From assembly GCA_050253415.1 (NCBI GenBank), contig JBFWJC010000012.1, positions 1 to 27,621 on the forward strand: a DNA stretch of 27,621 nucleotides, read 5' to 3'. Both the position numbers and the translations under genes were made by a program. The notes beneath the pieces are model-generated. The model was given only the letters and a program-made list of their open reading frames with translations. It made no database searches and had not been told where the DNA came from. Positions within the stretch are counted from its first letter, which is position 1. Every line of letters begins with the position of its first letter. The DNA is from Pedobacter sp. GTDB lineage: Bacteria > Desulfobacterota > Desulfuromonadia > Desulfuromonadales > Syntrophotaleaceae. Below are positions 1 to 8,847 of the stretch, piece after piece.

Positions 1-127
1 AAAGAACAGTGCTACAATGTGCCATGGCTTGGAACTCCTTGTAGTTACTTGTGTTTTGGCGAACTGAGTATACCACAAGCGAGTTTCCAAGCCTTCTATT
101 TATTGATCAAACTGTGAGACAGCAGTG
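1..127 (-). mobile_element. Left end of a probable IS4-family insertion sequence (runs off the window)
   Basis: The minus strand from 127 reads CACTGCTGTCTCACAG (IS4-type terminal repeat). It is followed by an extended -10 (TGgTATACT), RBS AAGGAG and an ATG at 25 giving MAHCSTVL, which resembles IS4/DUF4372 transposase N-termini. Confidence 0.6.
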
Positions 128-426
128 GAGTAAACGTCAGCAAGATATTCATATACTAAATCTATTATGTAATCCTTCAAATGTGCATAACTCGGGATCG
201 ATGTTATGGTAATTTCATTTTGGGATTTGAATTTTTCCAGGTAGGATCGATGAAGCAATCCAATTTGGACTACAGACGATGCCATATTGCCGAGTATACG
301 CAATATGATTTGTGTATTAGTCGAGATCACAGCCATTACACTATGAATCTCAGAGACCAAGCGTCTCTCTAACAGCCCCGGTGGAAAGAGCTCAATATTA
401 AAATATTTGGCATCAGACATCACCAC
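100..426 (-). pseudogene. AT-rich hypothetical protein, probably 3'-truncated by the IS4 end
   Basis: GGAGG RBS upstream of the start and divergent from the XRE gene. The last codons (TAVSQFDQ*) fall inside the putative IS terminal repeat. Confidence 0.5.
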
Positions 427-560
427 TCTCCCTCCTAGGCCGCCATCGCATTTTCAATTTTGGCCCGCCAAGGTTGATCCTTCCCACTAATTTGGACTAT
501 TCTACATATGTTAATATCAGATATTTCCATTTTTTCAACTATTTTAATCGGGTTAATAGA

Positions 561-1238
561 ATGAATAGCACAGGTACCACTCTAGGGCAGAGAATTAGCG
601 CCGTTCGCCGCGCCGAAAAAATGAGTCAGCAGGCATTTTCCACTGAGTTTGGCATCTCGCAGACCTACCTTTCTCTGCTCGAAACCGACCGAAAGGTGCC
701 CTCTGAGACCCTGCTTGGATATATAGCCTGTCGTTTTCGGATTTCCAAAGAATGGCTTTTTGAAGGCAAGGGAACATGGGAAGAAAGCAGGGAGGAAAAC
801 TCAGCGTCTGCCAAAACGCTCAGCAGGAGGGATATTTTTGCGCGCAATGCCATTATTGCGGCATGTATATTGGGGCCAATTACTCCTATCATCTCAGGGA
901 CGATAGCCATCGGAGTGGGAACAGCCCACATACTTTCCAAGATGTGCAAAGCCTACCAAGTGACCAATGCCGCCGGTTTGGCCAAAAAGCTGGAGGTGGA
1001 TCAGTCCACGATCAAGTACTGGGTCAAAAATGAGAAGGTCCCTGAGAAATACCTACACAAGTCATTCGTCGAAACAGATTTATCGCCTGAAGATATCACC
1101 CAATCCAATGACCTTTTGTTTATCAACAAAAAAATTGTTGGCCGGAACCTCCGGCAATTTCTCGAGGAAAAATTCGGCTGCACCGTTGATGAAAATAAAC
1201 TGATTGAAGTCATTGAAAGAGACAGGGACATTTTTTAA
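561..1238 (+). CDS. XRE-family transcriptional regulator with a second, CI-like HTH
   Basis: N-terminal LGQRISAVRRAEKMSQQAFSTEFGISQTYLSLLE...SKEWLFEGKG is a Cro/C1 HTH. AAGLAKKLEVDQSTIKYWVKNEKVP is a second HTH-like segment. Start placed at ATG 561. Confidence 0.8.
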   Translation: MNSTGTTLGQRISAVRRAEKMSQQAFSTEFGISQTYLSLLETDRKVPSETLLGYIACRFRISKEWLFEGKGTWEESREENSASAKTLSRRDIFARNAIIAACILGPITPIISGTIAIGVGTAHILSKMCKAYQVTNAAGLAKKLEVDQSTIKYWVKNEKVPEKYLHKSFVETDLSPEDITQSNDLLFINKKIVGRNLRQFLEEKFGCTVDENKLIEVIERDRDIF

Positions 1239-1435
1239 GGAGCCACCTTAAGCCCATCCTGTGAAGACAGCCTAAAGCCAAATAAGTTTAGCTGATCGCC
1301 CACCGAATATGCGGCGCCTTAGCCCGCCCTTGTTCTACCTGGAGGTCGAAGCAAAATCGGCGATGAATCACCTTTAGCATTTAAGGTGCAAATCCTGCAC
1401 AAATCCGGGGCCTGCATTACCAGGAGATATTCTCA

Positions 1436-1930
1436 ATGCGTGTGTGTTTTATTCATGGCAAAGAATCCGGCCCACAAGGCCGAAAAATCACCAGACTGTC
1501 GCAGGTGGCTGAAGCTCTTGGCCATGAAACCCTGGCCCCGGACTTTACCGATTCCTTTGACCCGGAAGTCCGCCTGGCCAAGCTATTGTCTCTTTTGGAG
1601 GGGCAAGAACCGGTAGATGTTTTGGTCGGCTCAAGCATAGGCGGCTACGTCGCTACTGCCGCTTCCGAGGTGCTTCGTCCCGTGGGGTTGTTTCTGATGG
1701 CCCCGGCGCTCGGCATGCCGGGTTATACCCGTCAGGACATTCAACCCTATGCCGAAAAGACTGTCATCGTCCAGGGCTGGCAGGATGACGTGGTTCCGGT
1801 CGCGAATGTGCTGCCATTTGCCCAAAAGACTCAGGCAGAGCTCCATGTCTTCAACGCGGGGCACACTCTTACCGAAAAACTGGGGGAGATTGAATCGCTT
1901 TTTGCAGGCTTTCTGAAGGGCTTGCCGTAG
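1436..1930 (+). CDS. Alpha/beta-fold hydrolase (YqiA/YcfP-like esterase)
   Basis: FIHG oxyanion motif, GSSIGG nucleophile elbow, DDVV Asp and GH catalytic His; AGGAG RBS. Confidence 0.88.
   Translation: MRVCFIHGKESGPQGRKITRLSQVAEALGHETLAPDFTDSFDPEVRLAKLLSLLEGQEPVDVLVGSSIGGYVATAASEVLRPVGLFLMAPALGMPGYTRQDIQPYAEKTVIVQGWQDDVVPVANVLPFAQKTQAELHVFNAGHTLTEKLGEIESLFAGFLKGLP
1816..1930 (+). repeat. Copy 1 of a 115-bp diverged direct repeat (hydrolase 3' end); copy 2 at 26472-26586
   Basis: Gap-free manual alignment with 16 mismatches in 115 bp; the stop codon falls at the same position. Confidence 0.9.
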
Positions 1931-1951
1931 CAGGGCTGGGAAAGTTTCTGC

Positions 1952-2405
1952 CTATTGATTTATAGCCGAAGTATGACGACATGCGGGAAATCCAGAACAA
2001 CCCCAAAATTCCCTCCCTGCATGTGGGCCCTTTTTCGCTATTCTCTTAACTAAGAGTTTGCCACACTTAGGGCAGTTTGGCTCAATACTCGAATCCGGAA
2101 TGGCCGCAACAGGACTGCTGGTCATATCCTTTTCCGATTCGCGAATCATCTTATGCAGGTGCGAGCCATCGAATAGTCTGATGTTCAACCCGCCGACAAA
2201 CTTCTTTGCTTCTTCCGTAAACTCTCCAGCTGTTATGACAAAACCACCTGCAGCCCCTTGGGCTGACATAACTCCGTAGAGTTCACGGACTGTTTGAACG
2301 CCAACCTTGTAGGCTTTCCACTGCTTGCATTGGACAAAATAGCGGTCAGATCCTTTGCTGGCAATAAGATCAACTCCACCATCAGGACACCGTTGCCCCC
2401 GGTCT
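1952..2405 (-). pseudogene. 5'-truncated Mrr-like restriction endonuclease with topoisomerase-type Zn-ribbon
   Basis: 82 aa (PDGGVDL...QCKQWK...HKMIR) are identical to the intact paralog at 24952-25794. There is a 2-bp insertion near 2388, and homology stops at 2405. Confidence 0.85.
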
Positions 2406-2411
2406 ATACCG

Positions 2412-2439
2412 CTGTTCAAATTTTTGGAGCCGGCTGTCA
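2412..2439. mobile_element. Possible isolated IS3-type terminal inverted repeat
   Basis: CTGTTCAAATTTTTGGAGCCGGCTGTCA ends in CA, resembles IS3-family ends, and lies at the Mrr truncation point. Confidence 0.3.
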
Positions 2440-2445
2440 GGAAAT

Positions 2446-2554
2446 AACCTCGACCCATTGTGAAACCGTTTTGTATCTAATTTCATTGGGTTGTAATGCT
2501 TTACACTTTTGGCCCATGTGCTGATAGTGGGTCAAAAATGACAGCCGATCAACA
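2446..2554 (+). mobile_element. Partial copy of the miniature IS21-like element (left end missing)
   Basis: 105/109 identical to 11139-11247; ends ...GTGGGTCAAAAATGACAGCCGATCAACA. Confidence 0.75.
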
Positions 2555-2631
2555 CCTCTAACCAGGTAGCCGTCAAATCACGAAATCGGTCTGCATTAAC
2601 CCCAAAAAAAATATTATAAATGCGCCAGGAC

Positions 2632-2645
2632 TTGATGAAGGTCAA
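2632..2645 (+). promoter_or_regulatory. Crp/Fnr-family (Fnr/Dnr/HcpR-like) box
   Basis: TTGAT-GAAG-GTCAA, with a TATTCT -10 at 2667-2672 in class II promoter geometry. Confidence 0.6.
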
Positions 2646-2733
2646 GGATTCCCCCGGAAGAAAGGCTATTCTTATTGCATACTGCCTATGCCGTTTGGCA
2701 TGGGGTGGATGCTTGCTTCGGAAGGAGGAAAGA

Positions 2734-3165
2734 ATGGAAGAATTGCTGCTGCAAATGATTGAAAATTCGCCAGATGCCGTCATTGTTTCTGATCGCGAAG
2801 GCGTTATCCAATACTGGAACAAGGGAGCCGAGCACATCTTCCGGCACAGTGGGGAAGCCGCCGTCGGACAATCCCTGGACCTGATAATCCCCGAAAAGTT
2901 GCGCGAGCGCCATTGGGAAGGATACCGAAGGGTCATGGCCTCCGGCGAAACCAAATACAAGACCGGATTGCTTTCCTCCCCCGGCATCCGCCAAGACGGC
3001 TCACGAGTCTCGCTGGAATTCAGCATGGTGCTTCTGCGGGACGCCTCGGGAGCGGTTCAGGGCTGCGCCTCGATCATGCGCGATGTGACAGCCCAATGGA
3101 AGAAAGAGAAAGAGCTGCGCAAACGCCTGGCTGCCTGCGAAGAAGCAGCGGGAACCATGGCCTAG
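2734..3165 (+). CDS. Stand-alone PAS-domain protein (FixL-like, possibly heme-binding)
   Basis: PDAVIVSDREGVIQYWNKGAEHIF...LIIPEKLRERH motif; AAGGAGG RBS before ATG 2734. Confidence 0.85.
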   Translation: MEELLLQMIENSPDAVIVSDREGVIQYWNKGAEHIFRHSGEAAVGQSLDLIIPEKLRERHWEGYRRVMASGETKYKTGLLSSPGIRQDGSRVSLEFSMVLLRDASGAVQGCASIMRDVTAQWKKEKELRKRLAACEEAAGTMA

Positions 3166-3193
3166 AGCACTGCCAAAGAAGCGGAGAAGGGTC

Positions 3194-4444
3194 ATGGCCA
3201 GAAAAAGGATTGCCATCGTGGGGATGGGGTTTGGAGGGATTCGGACGGCGCGTGTGCTGGCCGGTCATGGGCATGATGTCCTCCTCGTGGACCGGAACAA
3301 TTACCACCTGTTCCAGCCGTTGCTCTATCAGGTGGCCACTGCCGGTCTCGAGCAGGAGTCCATCGCCCATCCCGTTCGGGCCATGGCGCGCCGATGGCCG
3401 GATACGCGCTTCCATCTGGCCGAGGTTTCCGCCATCGATGTTGACGCGCGACAGATACGGACGAATACCGGCGATCTCTCCTACGACTATCTGGTCGTCG
3501 GGACAGGAAGCAGCACCAATTTCTTCGGTCTGGAATCCGTTGAACGCCACGCTTTCGATCTCAAGGAACTGGCACATGCGGAAGCTCTGCGCAACCATAT
3601 ATTGACCGCTTTCGAACGGGCGGTTCTCGAGTCGGATCCGGCCCGGAAACGGGCTCTGATGACCTTCGTGATCGTGGGAGGTGGACCGACCGGCATTGAG
3701 TTTGCTGGCGCTCTCATCGAGCTGGTCCATTTCGTTCTCGCCAAGGATTATCCCGAACTGAGCACGCAAGCGGCCCGGGTGATTCTGGTAGAGGCGACCG
3801 ATCAGCTACTGGCGTCCATGCCCCAGAAGCAGCGGCAGTATACCCTTAAAAAGTTGCGCGGTATGTCAGTCGAGGTGCTTCTCAATGCCCGAGTCGTGGA
3901 GGCCGGACCGGACCGGGTGACTCTCGCGGACGGCGCGGTCATCCCGGCCCACACGCTTTTCTGGTCGGCTGGTGTCAAGTCGGCCCCGCTCGCCGCCTCT
4001 TTGGGAGCTTCGCGCAAAAATAACGGGAGGATCGCCGTCGAGCCGGATCTCACTCTGCCAGGCCATCCGGAGGTCTTTGTCATCGGCGACATGGCCTATC
4101 TGGAGCAGGAGGGCTCTTCTCTGCCGATGACAGCGCCTGTCGCCATGCAGATGGGGATCTACGCGGGTAAGGCGATTCTCGCCCGAGAAAAGGGATCCCC
4201 CCTGCCCCCTTTCCATTTTCGCGACAAAGGGAGCATGGCCACCATCGGTCGCAGTGCCGCGGTCGCCAGCGCCTTCGGAATGAACTTTCGAGGGTATTTT
4301 GCCTGGCTGGTCTGGCTGCTGCTACACCTTTATTATCTGATCGGGTTTCGCAATCGTACGGTAGTCATGCTCAACTGGATCTGGTACTACTGGTTCCACG
4401 AACGCCAGGTCCGCCTGATCACCCGCAGGGAACCCGACCGATAA
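3194..4444 (+). CDS. ndh: Type II NADH:quinone oxidoreductase
   Basis: GxGFGG FAD motif, YHLFQPLLYQVATAGL, VGGGPTGIEFAG, GD motif, KGSMATIGR, HLxxLIGFRNR. Confidence 0.92.
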   Translation: MARKRIAIVGMGFGGIRTARVLAGHGHDVLLVDRNNYHLFQPLLYQVATAGLEQESIAHPVRAMARRWPDTRFHLAEVSAIDVDARQIRTNTGDLSYDYLVVGTGSSTNFFGLESVERHAFDLKELAHAEALRNHILTAFERAVLESDPARKRALMTFVIVGGGPTGIEFAGALIELVHFVLAKDYPELSTQAARVILVEATDQLLASMPQKQRQYTLKKLRGMSVEVLLNARVVEAGPDRVTLADGAVIPAHTLFWSAGVKSAPLAASLGASRKNNGRIAVEPDLTLPGHPEVFVIGDMAYLEQEGSSLPMTAPVAMQMGIYAGKAILAREKGSPLPPFHFRDKGSMATIGRSAAVASAFGMNFRGYFAWLVWLLLHLYYLIGFRNRTVVMLNWIWYYWFHERQVRLITRREPDR

Positions 4445-4470
4445 AGCACTTGAAAATTCAGGCCGTTTCA

Positions 4471-4509
4471 ACAAAGAGCCCGTCAGATTTTGCCTGACGG
4501 GCTCTTTGT
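4471..4509. terminator. Bidirectional intrinsic terminator between convergent ndh and HPP genes
   Basis: Perfect 16-bp inverted repeat ACAAAGAGCCCGTCAG / CTGACGGGCTCTTTGT. Confidence 0.75.
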
Positions 4510-4526
4510 CTTCCTGAGTAAGCCGG

Positions 4527-5048
4527 CTAGAACTCCGGACTTCGTGGGGAGAATGACACCAGCCGCTTGGTCAGCAGGGCCACGCTCAAAAGAACCAGGA
4601 CCCCAGCCAGCACCGGCATAAAAATGAAAGCCGGGCCAGCACCAGCCTGAACGCCAATGAGGGCGGTGGCGCCGCCGGGAGGGTGAACCGTATCGGTGAT
4701 GTGCATCACCAAAATGGCTAACCCGACCGCCAGAGCCATACTCCACAAACTGCTGCCGGTCAGGGCCACGACCCCCACGGCCGTGAGCGCCGAGAGCACA
4801 TGGCCGCCGATCAGGTTGCGGGACCGGGTCAGGGGCGAGTCGGGGGCACCGAAAAGCAGTACGGCCGAGGCGCCGAAAGATCCGATCAGCAGCGGCTGAC
4901 CAACCAGAATGGTGACGCCGTGGATAGCCAGAATCCCCAGAGTGCCGCCGACAAAACTCCAAAGAACAAAAATCGGCGGCATGGAAGGGGAACAGGATCC
5001 AGCTAGAGCCTGCAGCAATCGGAATCCTTGCAGTCGGCTTTTAAGCAT
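4527..5048 (-). CDS. HPP-family membrane protein (candidate nitrite transporter)
   Basis: GSFGASAVLLFGAPDSPL and VHPPGGATAL signatures; the start overlaps the nrfA stop (TGATG). Confidence 0.88.
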   Translation of the reverse strand: MLKSRLQGFRLLQALAGSCSPSMPPIFVLWSFVGGTLGILAIHGVTILVGQPLLIGSFGASAVLLFGAPDSPLTRSRNLIGGHVLSALTAVGVVALTGSSLWSMALAVGLAILVMHITDTVHPPGGATALIGVQAGAGPAFIFMPVLAGVLVLLSVALLTKRLVSFSPRSPEF

Positions 5049-6514
5049 CACAGGGTTCCCGAATCGGCCAGAGGATCCTTGATTTCATGCTCTGGACGGA
5101 ACATGCGGTCTTTTCCCCCGCGATGATTGAGATACTTCTCCAGCTCCAGATCGATCCGGGCGGGAACCACTATGCCTACCTGGCTCATGGCTTGGCGCAG
5201 CAGGCGGTCGGCGGCGGCAGCATGGCTTGCGGCATCGGCGAGAATCCGCGCCGCCTCCGGCGGGTTATGGAAGCCGACGGAATTTTCCACGGCCATAAAG
5301 AGAACGCGGTAGAGGGCCTCCTCATAATGACCGCGCGCCTCGGCATAGAGGCCCGCATCAATTATCTTCCCTTCAGTCTGCGCGACATGAACTTTTTCGA
5401 AAAGTTTGGCCACCGTGGCGGTAGCGTAGCCGCTGCGGATCAGACTGGAGACGGTCTGGTCCTGTATGGCAAAAACCTTTTGGCGCATCTCGTCGGGGCC
5501 GTCCTCATGACACTGGGCGCAGCCCAAAAGACCATTCTTGAGCGGGCTTCTGACGCGATGGTCAGAAATGGTCTCACCGTTCACCTCGGTGGAAGGCATG
5601 TGACAGTCGGCGCAGGTCGCCCCCATCTGCCAGTGGGGGCTGGCGTTGGAGAAAAACTCGAACTCGGGGTGCCGGATATAGCCGAGCCGAAAACCGGTGA
5701 CCGCCTGCGTCCACTCGGCCAGGGCCGGTTCGCTGCGGATGCGGCCGATGATGTTTTCCACGGTAATCTCTCCCCAAGAGCTTCCCTGCCAAGGGAAAAC
5801 GACGTCCATGGATTTTTTCTGCTCGTTTTGAGGGATAGTGTAGGTGACGTGGCATTGAGCGCAGACGAGGGTCTGCAGGTCCGCTGTTTTGAGCTCTTGC
5901 GGATTTTTACCCAGGGCCTGCAGGCCCTGCCCCAGAGTGAAGCCGCGGGAAATCTGCAGGTCCATGTCTTCCGAACGATGGCAGTCGGCGCAGGCGACCC
6001 CCAGGGTCCGTTGTTCCTCAGGAATTCGGTTGAGGACCTCCTGGTAGGAGCCGCCAAAAAAACCGCTACCGAGTTTTTCCTGTAACTGTGGGGCGTAGGG
6101 TGTCTTGCAGGTCAGACAGGATCCCCCGGCCTTCAGGCGGGCAGGCTCGACCTCAAGCTGGTCTTCGAGCATGAAGGCATGGCCGCGAGGCTCGTTGAAT
6201 TCCAGAGCGTATCCGGAACCACTGAGCAGCAGAGCCAGAAAGGGGTATTCATCCATTTTGTCATAGATCACGCCGTCGCTGTCGTAACCACGCTTGTAAC
6301 GGCTCAAACCCGGCTCCGTAGGTTCGGCGGTGGCCAGCCAGGTCTGATACTGGCCGGGGTATTTTGCCGCCAGGGCGGTAGGATCGGCCAAAGGCTGAAC
6401 TGCGGACTTTCCATTTACGGGCGGGTTATCGGCCAGCGTGACCTTCTGCCACAGCCCTGAAAAGGCGACAAGGGCGACGAGGGTGGCCAAGGCGACGGTA
6501 CTCTTTCGAATCAT
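5048..6514 (-). CDS. nrfA: Pentaheme cytochrome c nitrite reductase (ammonia-forming), IRH-type
   Basis: CLTCK plus four CxxCH motifs, EPRGH, CHVTY, IRHPEFE, ENSVGFHNP; N-terminal signal/anchor. Confidence 0.9.
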   Translation of the reverse strand: MIRKSTVALATLVALVAFSGLWQKVTLADNPPVNGKSAVQPLADPTALAAKYPGQYQTWLATAEPTEPGLSRYKRGYDSDGVIYDKMDEYPFLALLLSGSGYALEFNEPRGHAFMLEDQLEVEPARLKAGGSCLTCKTPYAPQLQEKLGSGFFGGSYQEVLNRIPEEQRTLGVACADCHRSEDMDLQISRGFTLGQGLQALGKNPQELKTADLQTLVCAQCHVTYTIPQNEQKKSMDVVFPWQGSSWGEITVENIIGRIRSEPALAEWTQAVTGFRLGYIRHPEFEFFSNASPHWQMGATCADCHMPSTEVNGETISDHRVRSPLKNGLLGCAQCHEDGPDEMRQKVFAIQDQTVSSLIRSGYATATVAKLFEKVHVAQTEGKIIDAGLYAEARGHYEEALYRVLFMAVENSVGFHNPPEAARILADAASHAAAADRLLRQAMSQVGIVVPARIDLELEKYLNHRGGKDRMFRPEHEIKDPLADSGTL

Positions 6515-6566
6515 AAAGCATTCTCCTGTGGAAGGGTTTCGGATCGAGGTTCCAACCCATCCCCTT

Positions 6567-6583
6567 CGCAGGAGGCGTGCCCA
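6567..6583 (-). promoter_or_regulatory. Sigma-54 (-24/-12) promoter of nrfA
   Basis: Minus strand tGGGCACG-CCTC-CTGCg is GG-N10-GC, about 55 bp upstream of nrfA and next to a sigma54 activator gene. Confidence 0.65.
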
Positions 6584-6659
6584 AAAGACAAAAGACGGCC
6601 AGGCATCTGTTTTTTAAGGAAAATGCCTATAAATATGAATCACGCTCGGCCGGTTTTTC

Positions 6660-6675
6660 GTTACGGGTACGTAAC
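6660..6675. promoter_or_regulatory. Palindromic upstream activator site GTTAC-N6-GTAAC
   Basis: Lies about 80 bp upstream of the sigma54 promoter; the same palindrome recurs at 8061-8076. Confidence 0.55.
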
Positions 6676-6680
6676 TGCCG

Positions 6681-8036
6681 TCACGCCGACGAAACCTCCA
6701 GCTCCAGCCGTTTCATCTTTTCCCACAGCGTCTTGCGCGATATTCCCAGAAGGCGGGCGGCCTCGGCTTTACGGTTGCCGGTAGCCAGCAGAGCTTTTTG
6801 AATGGCCTTTTTTTCGCCGGACAGGCGAGCAACCTCCAAGATGCCGGATGTCAAAATCCTGCCGCCGGTCCCGGCCTCTTTCCTTGGATGAAATTCGGCC
6901 GGCAGATCCTCGGGCTGCAGATAGCTTCCCTGGCACAGGGCCACGGCACGTTCGATGGCATTTTCGAGTTCGCGCACATTGCCGGGATAATCGTGGGCTA
7001 GAAGAAGGCTCCTGGCCGCCTTACAGACCCCCGCCACGGGGCGCTTCATGGCCCGAGAGAATTTTGCCAGAAAAATTTCCGTCAGGGTAAGAATATCCTC
7101 GCGCCGTTCCCTCAGGGGGGCCAGGTGCAGAGGAATGACGTTCAGACGGTAGAAGAGGTCCTCCCGAAATTGTCCATCGGCCACCTCCTGACGCAGATCC
7201 CGGTGGGTCGCCGCAATGATGCGTACATCGACCCGGATCTCCTTTTCTCCCCCCAGGCGCTGAATCGTTTTTTCCTGCAGTACCCGCAGCAGCTTGGCTT
7301 GGGCCGCCAGGGGCATCTCGCCGATTTCATCCAGAAAAATCGTCCCCCCCTCGGCCAGCTCAAACTTTCCCCGGCGCCGGGCGATCGCGCCCGTGAAGGC
7401 TCCTCGTTCGTGACCGAACAGCTCGGCCTCCAGCAGGTTTTCCGGCAGAGCGGCGCAGTTGATGCGCACCAGCGGCTCCTGGCGGCGGGGGCTCTGCCGG
7501 TGCAGGGCCTCAGCGACCAGCTCCTTCCCCGTCCCTGTCTCCCCCGAGATCAATACGGTGGTGTCGAGCGGGGCGGTAGCCTCAATCAGGTCAAAAACCT
7601 TCTTCATGGCCGGGCTGCGCCCTACCAGCCCTCCTGACGGCGGCAAGGTCGTCAGACGAGCCCGTAGCTCGCGGTTCTCTTTTTCGAGGAGTTGTCTTTC
7701 GGTGACATCCCGACTGACCATCATGGTGCCTGTGTAGCGGCCCTCTTCACCCCAGATGGGATGGTAGCTGTTCTCAAAGATGCGATCCTTGAGGGCCAGG
7801 ATGCGTACCGCGCCGCAACTGCGGCCCGCCTTGAAATCCTGCAGCAGATCACCGATATCCGCCGAAGAGCGGGGCGGATGGATACTGAGAATGCTGCGGC
7901 CACAGATCTTTTCGGAGCGGATGCCGCGGATCTGCTCGGCGGCGGTGTTGATAAAACAGATCCGATCCTGCTCATCGGCGAAGACCGCTCCCTCGCCCAT
8001 GCGGGACAGAATCGTATGGTAATCGATAAGTTTCAT
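6681..8036 (-). CDS. PAS-domain sigma-54-dependent transcriptional activator (Fis-type HTH)
   Basis: [47 protein letters not shown]-terminal HTH; GGAGG RBS before ATG 8036. Confidence 0.93.
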   Translation of the reverse strand: MKLIDYHTILSRMGEGAVFADEQDRICFINTAAEQIRGIRSEKICGRSILSIHPPRSSADIGDLLQDFKAGRSCGAVRILALKDRIFENSYHPIWGEEGRYTGTMMVSRDVTERQLLEKENRELRARLTTLPPSGGLVGRSPAMKKVFDLIEATAPLDTTVLISGETGTGKELVAEALHRQSPRRQEPLVRINCAALPENLLEAELFGHERGAFTGAIARRRGKFELAEGGTIFLDEIGEMPLAAQAKLLRVLQEKTIQRLGGEKEIRVDVRIIAATHRDLRQEVADGQFREDLFYRLNVIPLHLAPLRERREDILTLTEIFLAKFSRAMKRPVAGVCKAARSLLLAHDYPGNVRELENAIERAVALCQGSYLQPEDLPAEFHPRKEAGTGGRILTSGILEVARLSGEKKAIQKALLATGNRKAEAARLLGISRKTLWEKMKRLELEVSSA

Positions 8037-8060
8037 GCAGAATTCCTCCGGACGGCCCGC

Positions 8061-8076
8061 GTTACGTTTGTGTAAC
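8061..8076. promoter_or_regulatory. Second GTTAC-N6-GTAAC palindrome (probable autoregulatory site)
   Basis: cGTTAC-GTTTGT-GTAACg directly downstream of the TATTCT -10 (8079-8084, minus strand). Confidence 0.55.
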
Positions 8077-8106
8077 GAAGAATAAGGCGGCTTCTCCGGA
8101 GAAGCC

Positions 8107-8120
8107 TTGACCTGAATCAA
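8107..8120 (-). promoter_or_regulatory. Crp/Fnr-family box upstream of the activator gene
   Basis: TTGAC-CTGA-ATCAA with a TATTCT -10 at nearly the same spacing as the 2632 promoter. Confidence 0.6.
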
Positions 8121-8340
8121 TTCAAGGTTTAAAGAGGGGGATCCATGCAGAAATTCGGCAGATCTCAGGGTTTCTAGGCGAAAAACTCTCGAAGAAGAGA
8201 GCTTTCAAAACTGACTCGACACCCTGTCCGACAAAGACAAGGAAGAATTGGAAAATGAAAGAAACGGCAAAGCATTTCCGGAGTCGGCCTTTATTTTGAT
8301 GCGGTCTAAAGAGAAAGAGGTTGCTGGCAAGCAAGGAAGT

Positions 8341-8535
8341 GTACCTGATATCCCGCAAAGCCAGGCTAGCATGTCCTACGGGACATTAGGTACTGTCCTA
8401 CAAGGGATATCAGGTACACTCTGTGGCTCCGCAAAAATGCTTCAAAAAAGCGTACCTGATATCCCGCCTGTATCCATAAAAAGCTATTTAAGAGATATCA
8501 GGTACCGGTGAAGCTTACTACGGGACATTAGGTAC
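8341..8535. repeat. Cluster of six 14-bp GTACCTRATRTCYC motifs in mixed orientation
   Basis: Forward at 8341 and 8452; reverse at 8380, 8404, 8492 and 8522. Flanked by an identical 16-mer at 8165-8180 and 8610-8625. Confidence 0.9.
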
Positions 8536-8618
8536 TCCCTGCTTTCTTGGCTTAAAGGCATCCATCAATTATTACGGCTGATGGCTACCCAGGTTGGAGT
8601 TTCTAGCCTTCAGGGTTT

Positions 8619-8795
8619 CTAGGCGGGTGTCCAATAACAACGCTTGGGTGACACGATCTTTTCTTCTTTTTTTAATTGCGCCATGGCCTTGTCGACCTCT
8701 TTTCGGTCCAACCCGCTCAGCTCGGCAATCTTGCCCGCATTAAGGGGTTGCCCTTCCTGACGCATCACTTCGAGAACCTTTTCCTTGGTATCCAT
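8619..8795 (-). CDS. Small (58 aa) winged-HTH protein
   Basis: [11 protein letters not shown]...[19 protein letters not shown]...SPKRCYW; AAGGAGG RBS. Confidence 0.82.
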   Translation of the reverse strand: MDTKEKVLEVMRQEGQPLNAGKIAELSGLDRKEVDKAMAQLKKEEKIVSPKRCYWTPA

Positions 8796-8847
8796 TCTCA
8801 GCCTCCTTGAGTGCACGGGGTTGATGACTTCGCGGGCAGGTGATTTT

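Noticed and set aside
2406..2458. Track start of the 168-aa Mrr ORF (MGRGYFLT...)
   Set aside because: The N-terminus derives from IS-end sequence joined through a frameshift; it is not a genuine start.
5087..6085. 332-aa plus-strand ORF (and similar long overlaps at 11976-12911, 2913-3605, 3074-3769 and 17927-18571)
   Set aside because: These overlap well-supported genes, carry no motifs, and are expected in GC-rich coding DNA.
8248..8511. 87-aa ORF with repeated VPDIP
   Set aside because: The peptide repeats simply reflect the DNA motifs; it has a TTG start and no recognisable domain.
8341..8535. CRISPR interpretation of the motif cluster
   Set aside because: The repeats are only 14-19 bp, in mixed orientation with irregular spacing, and there are no cas genes.
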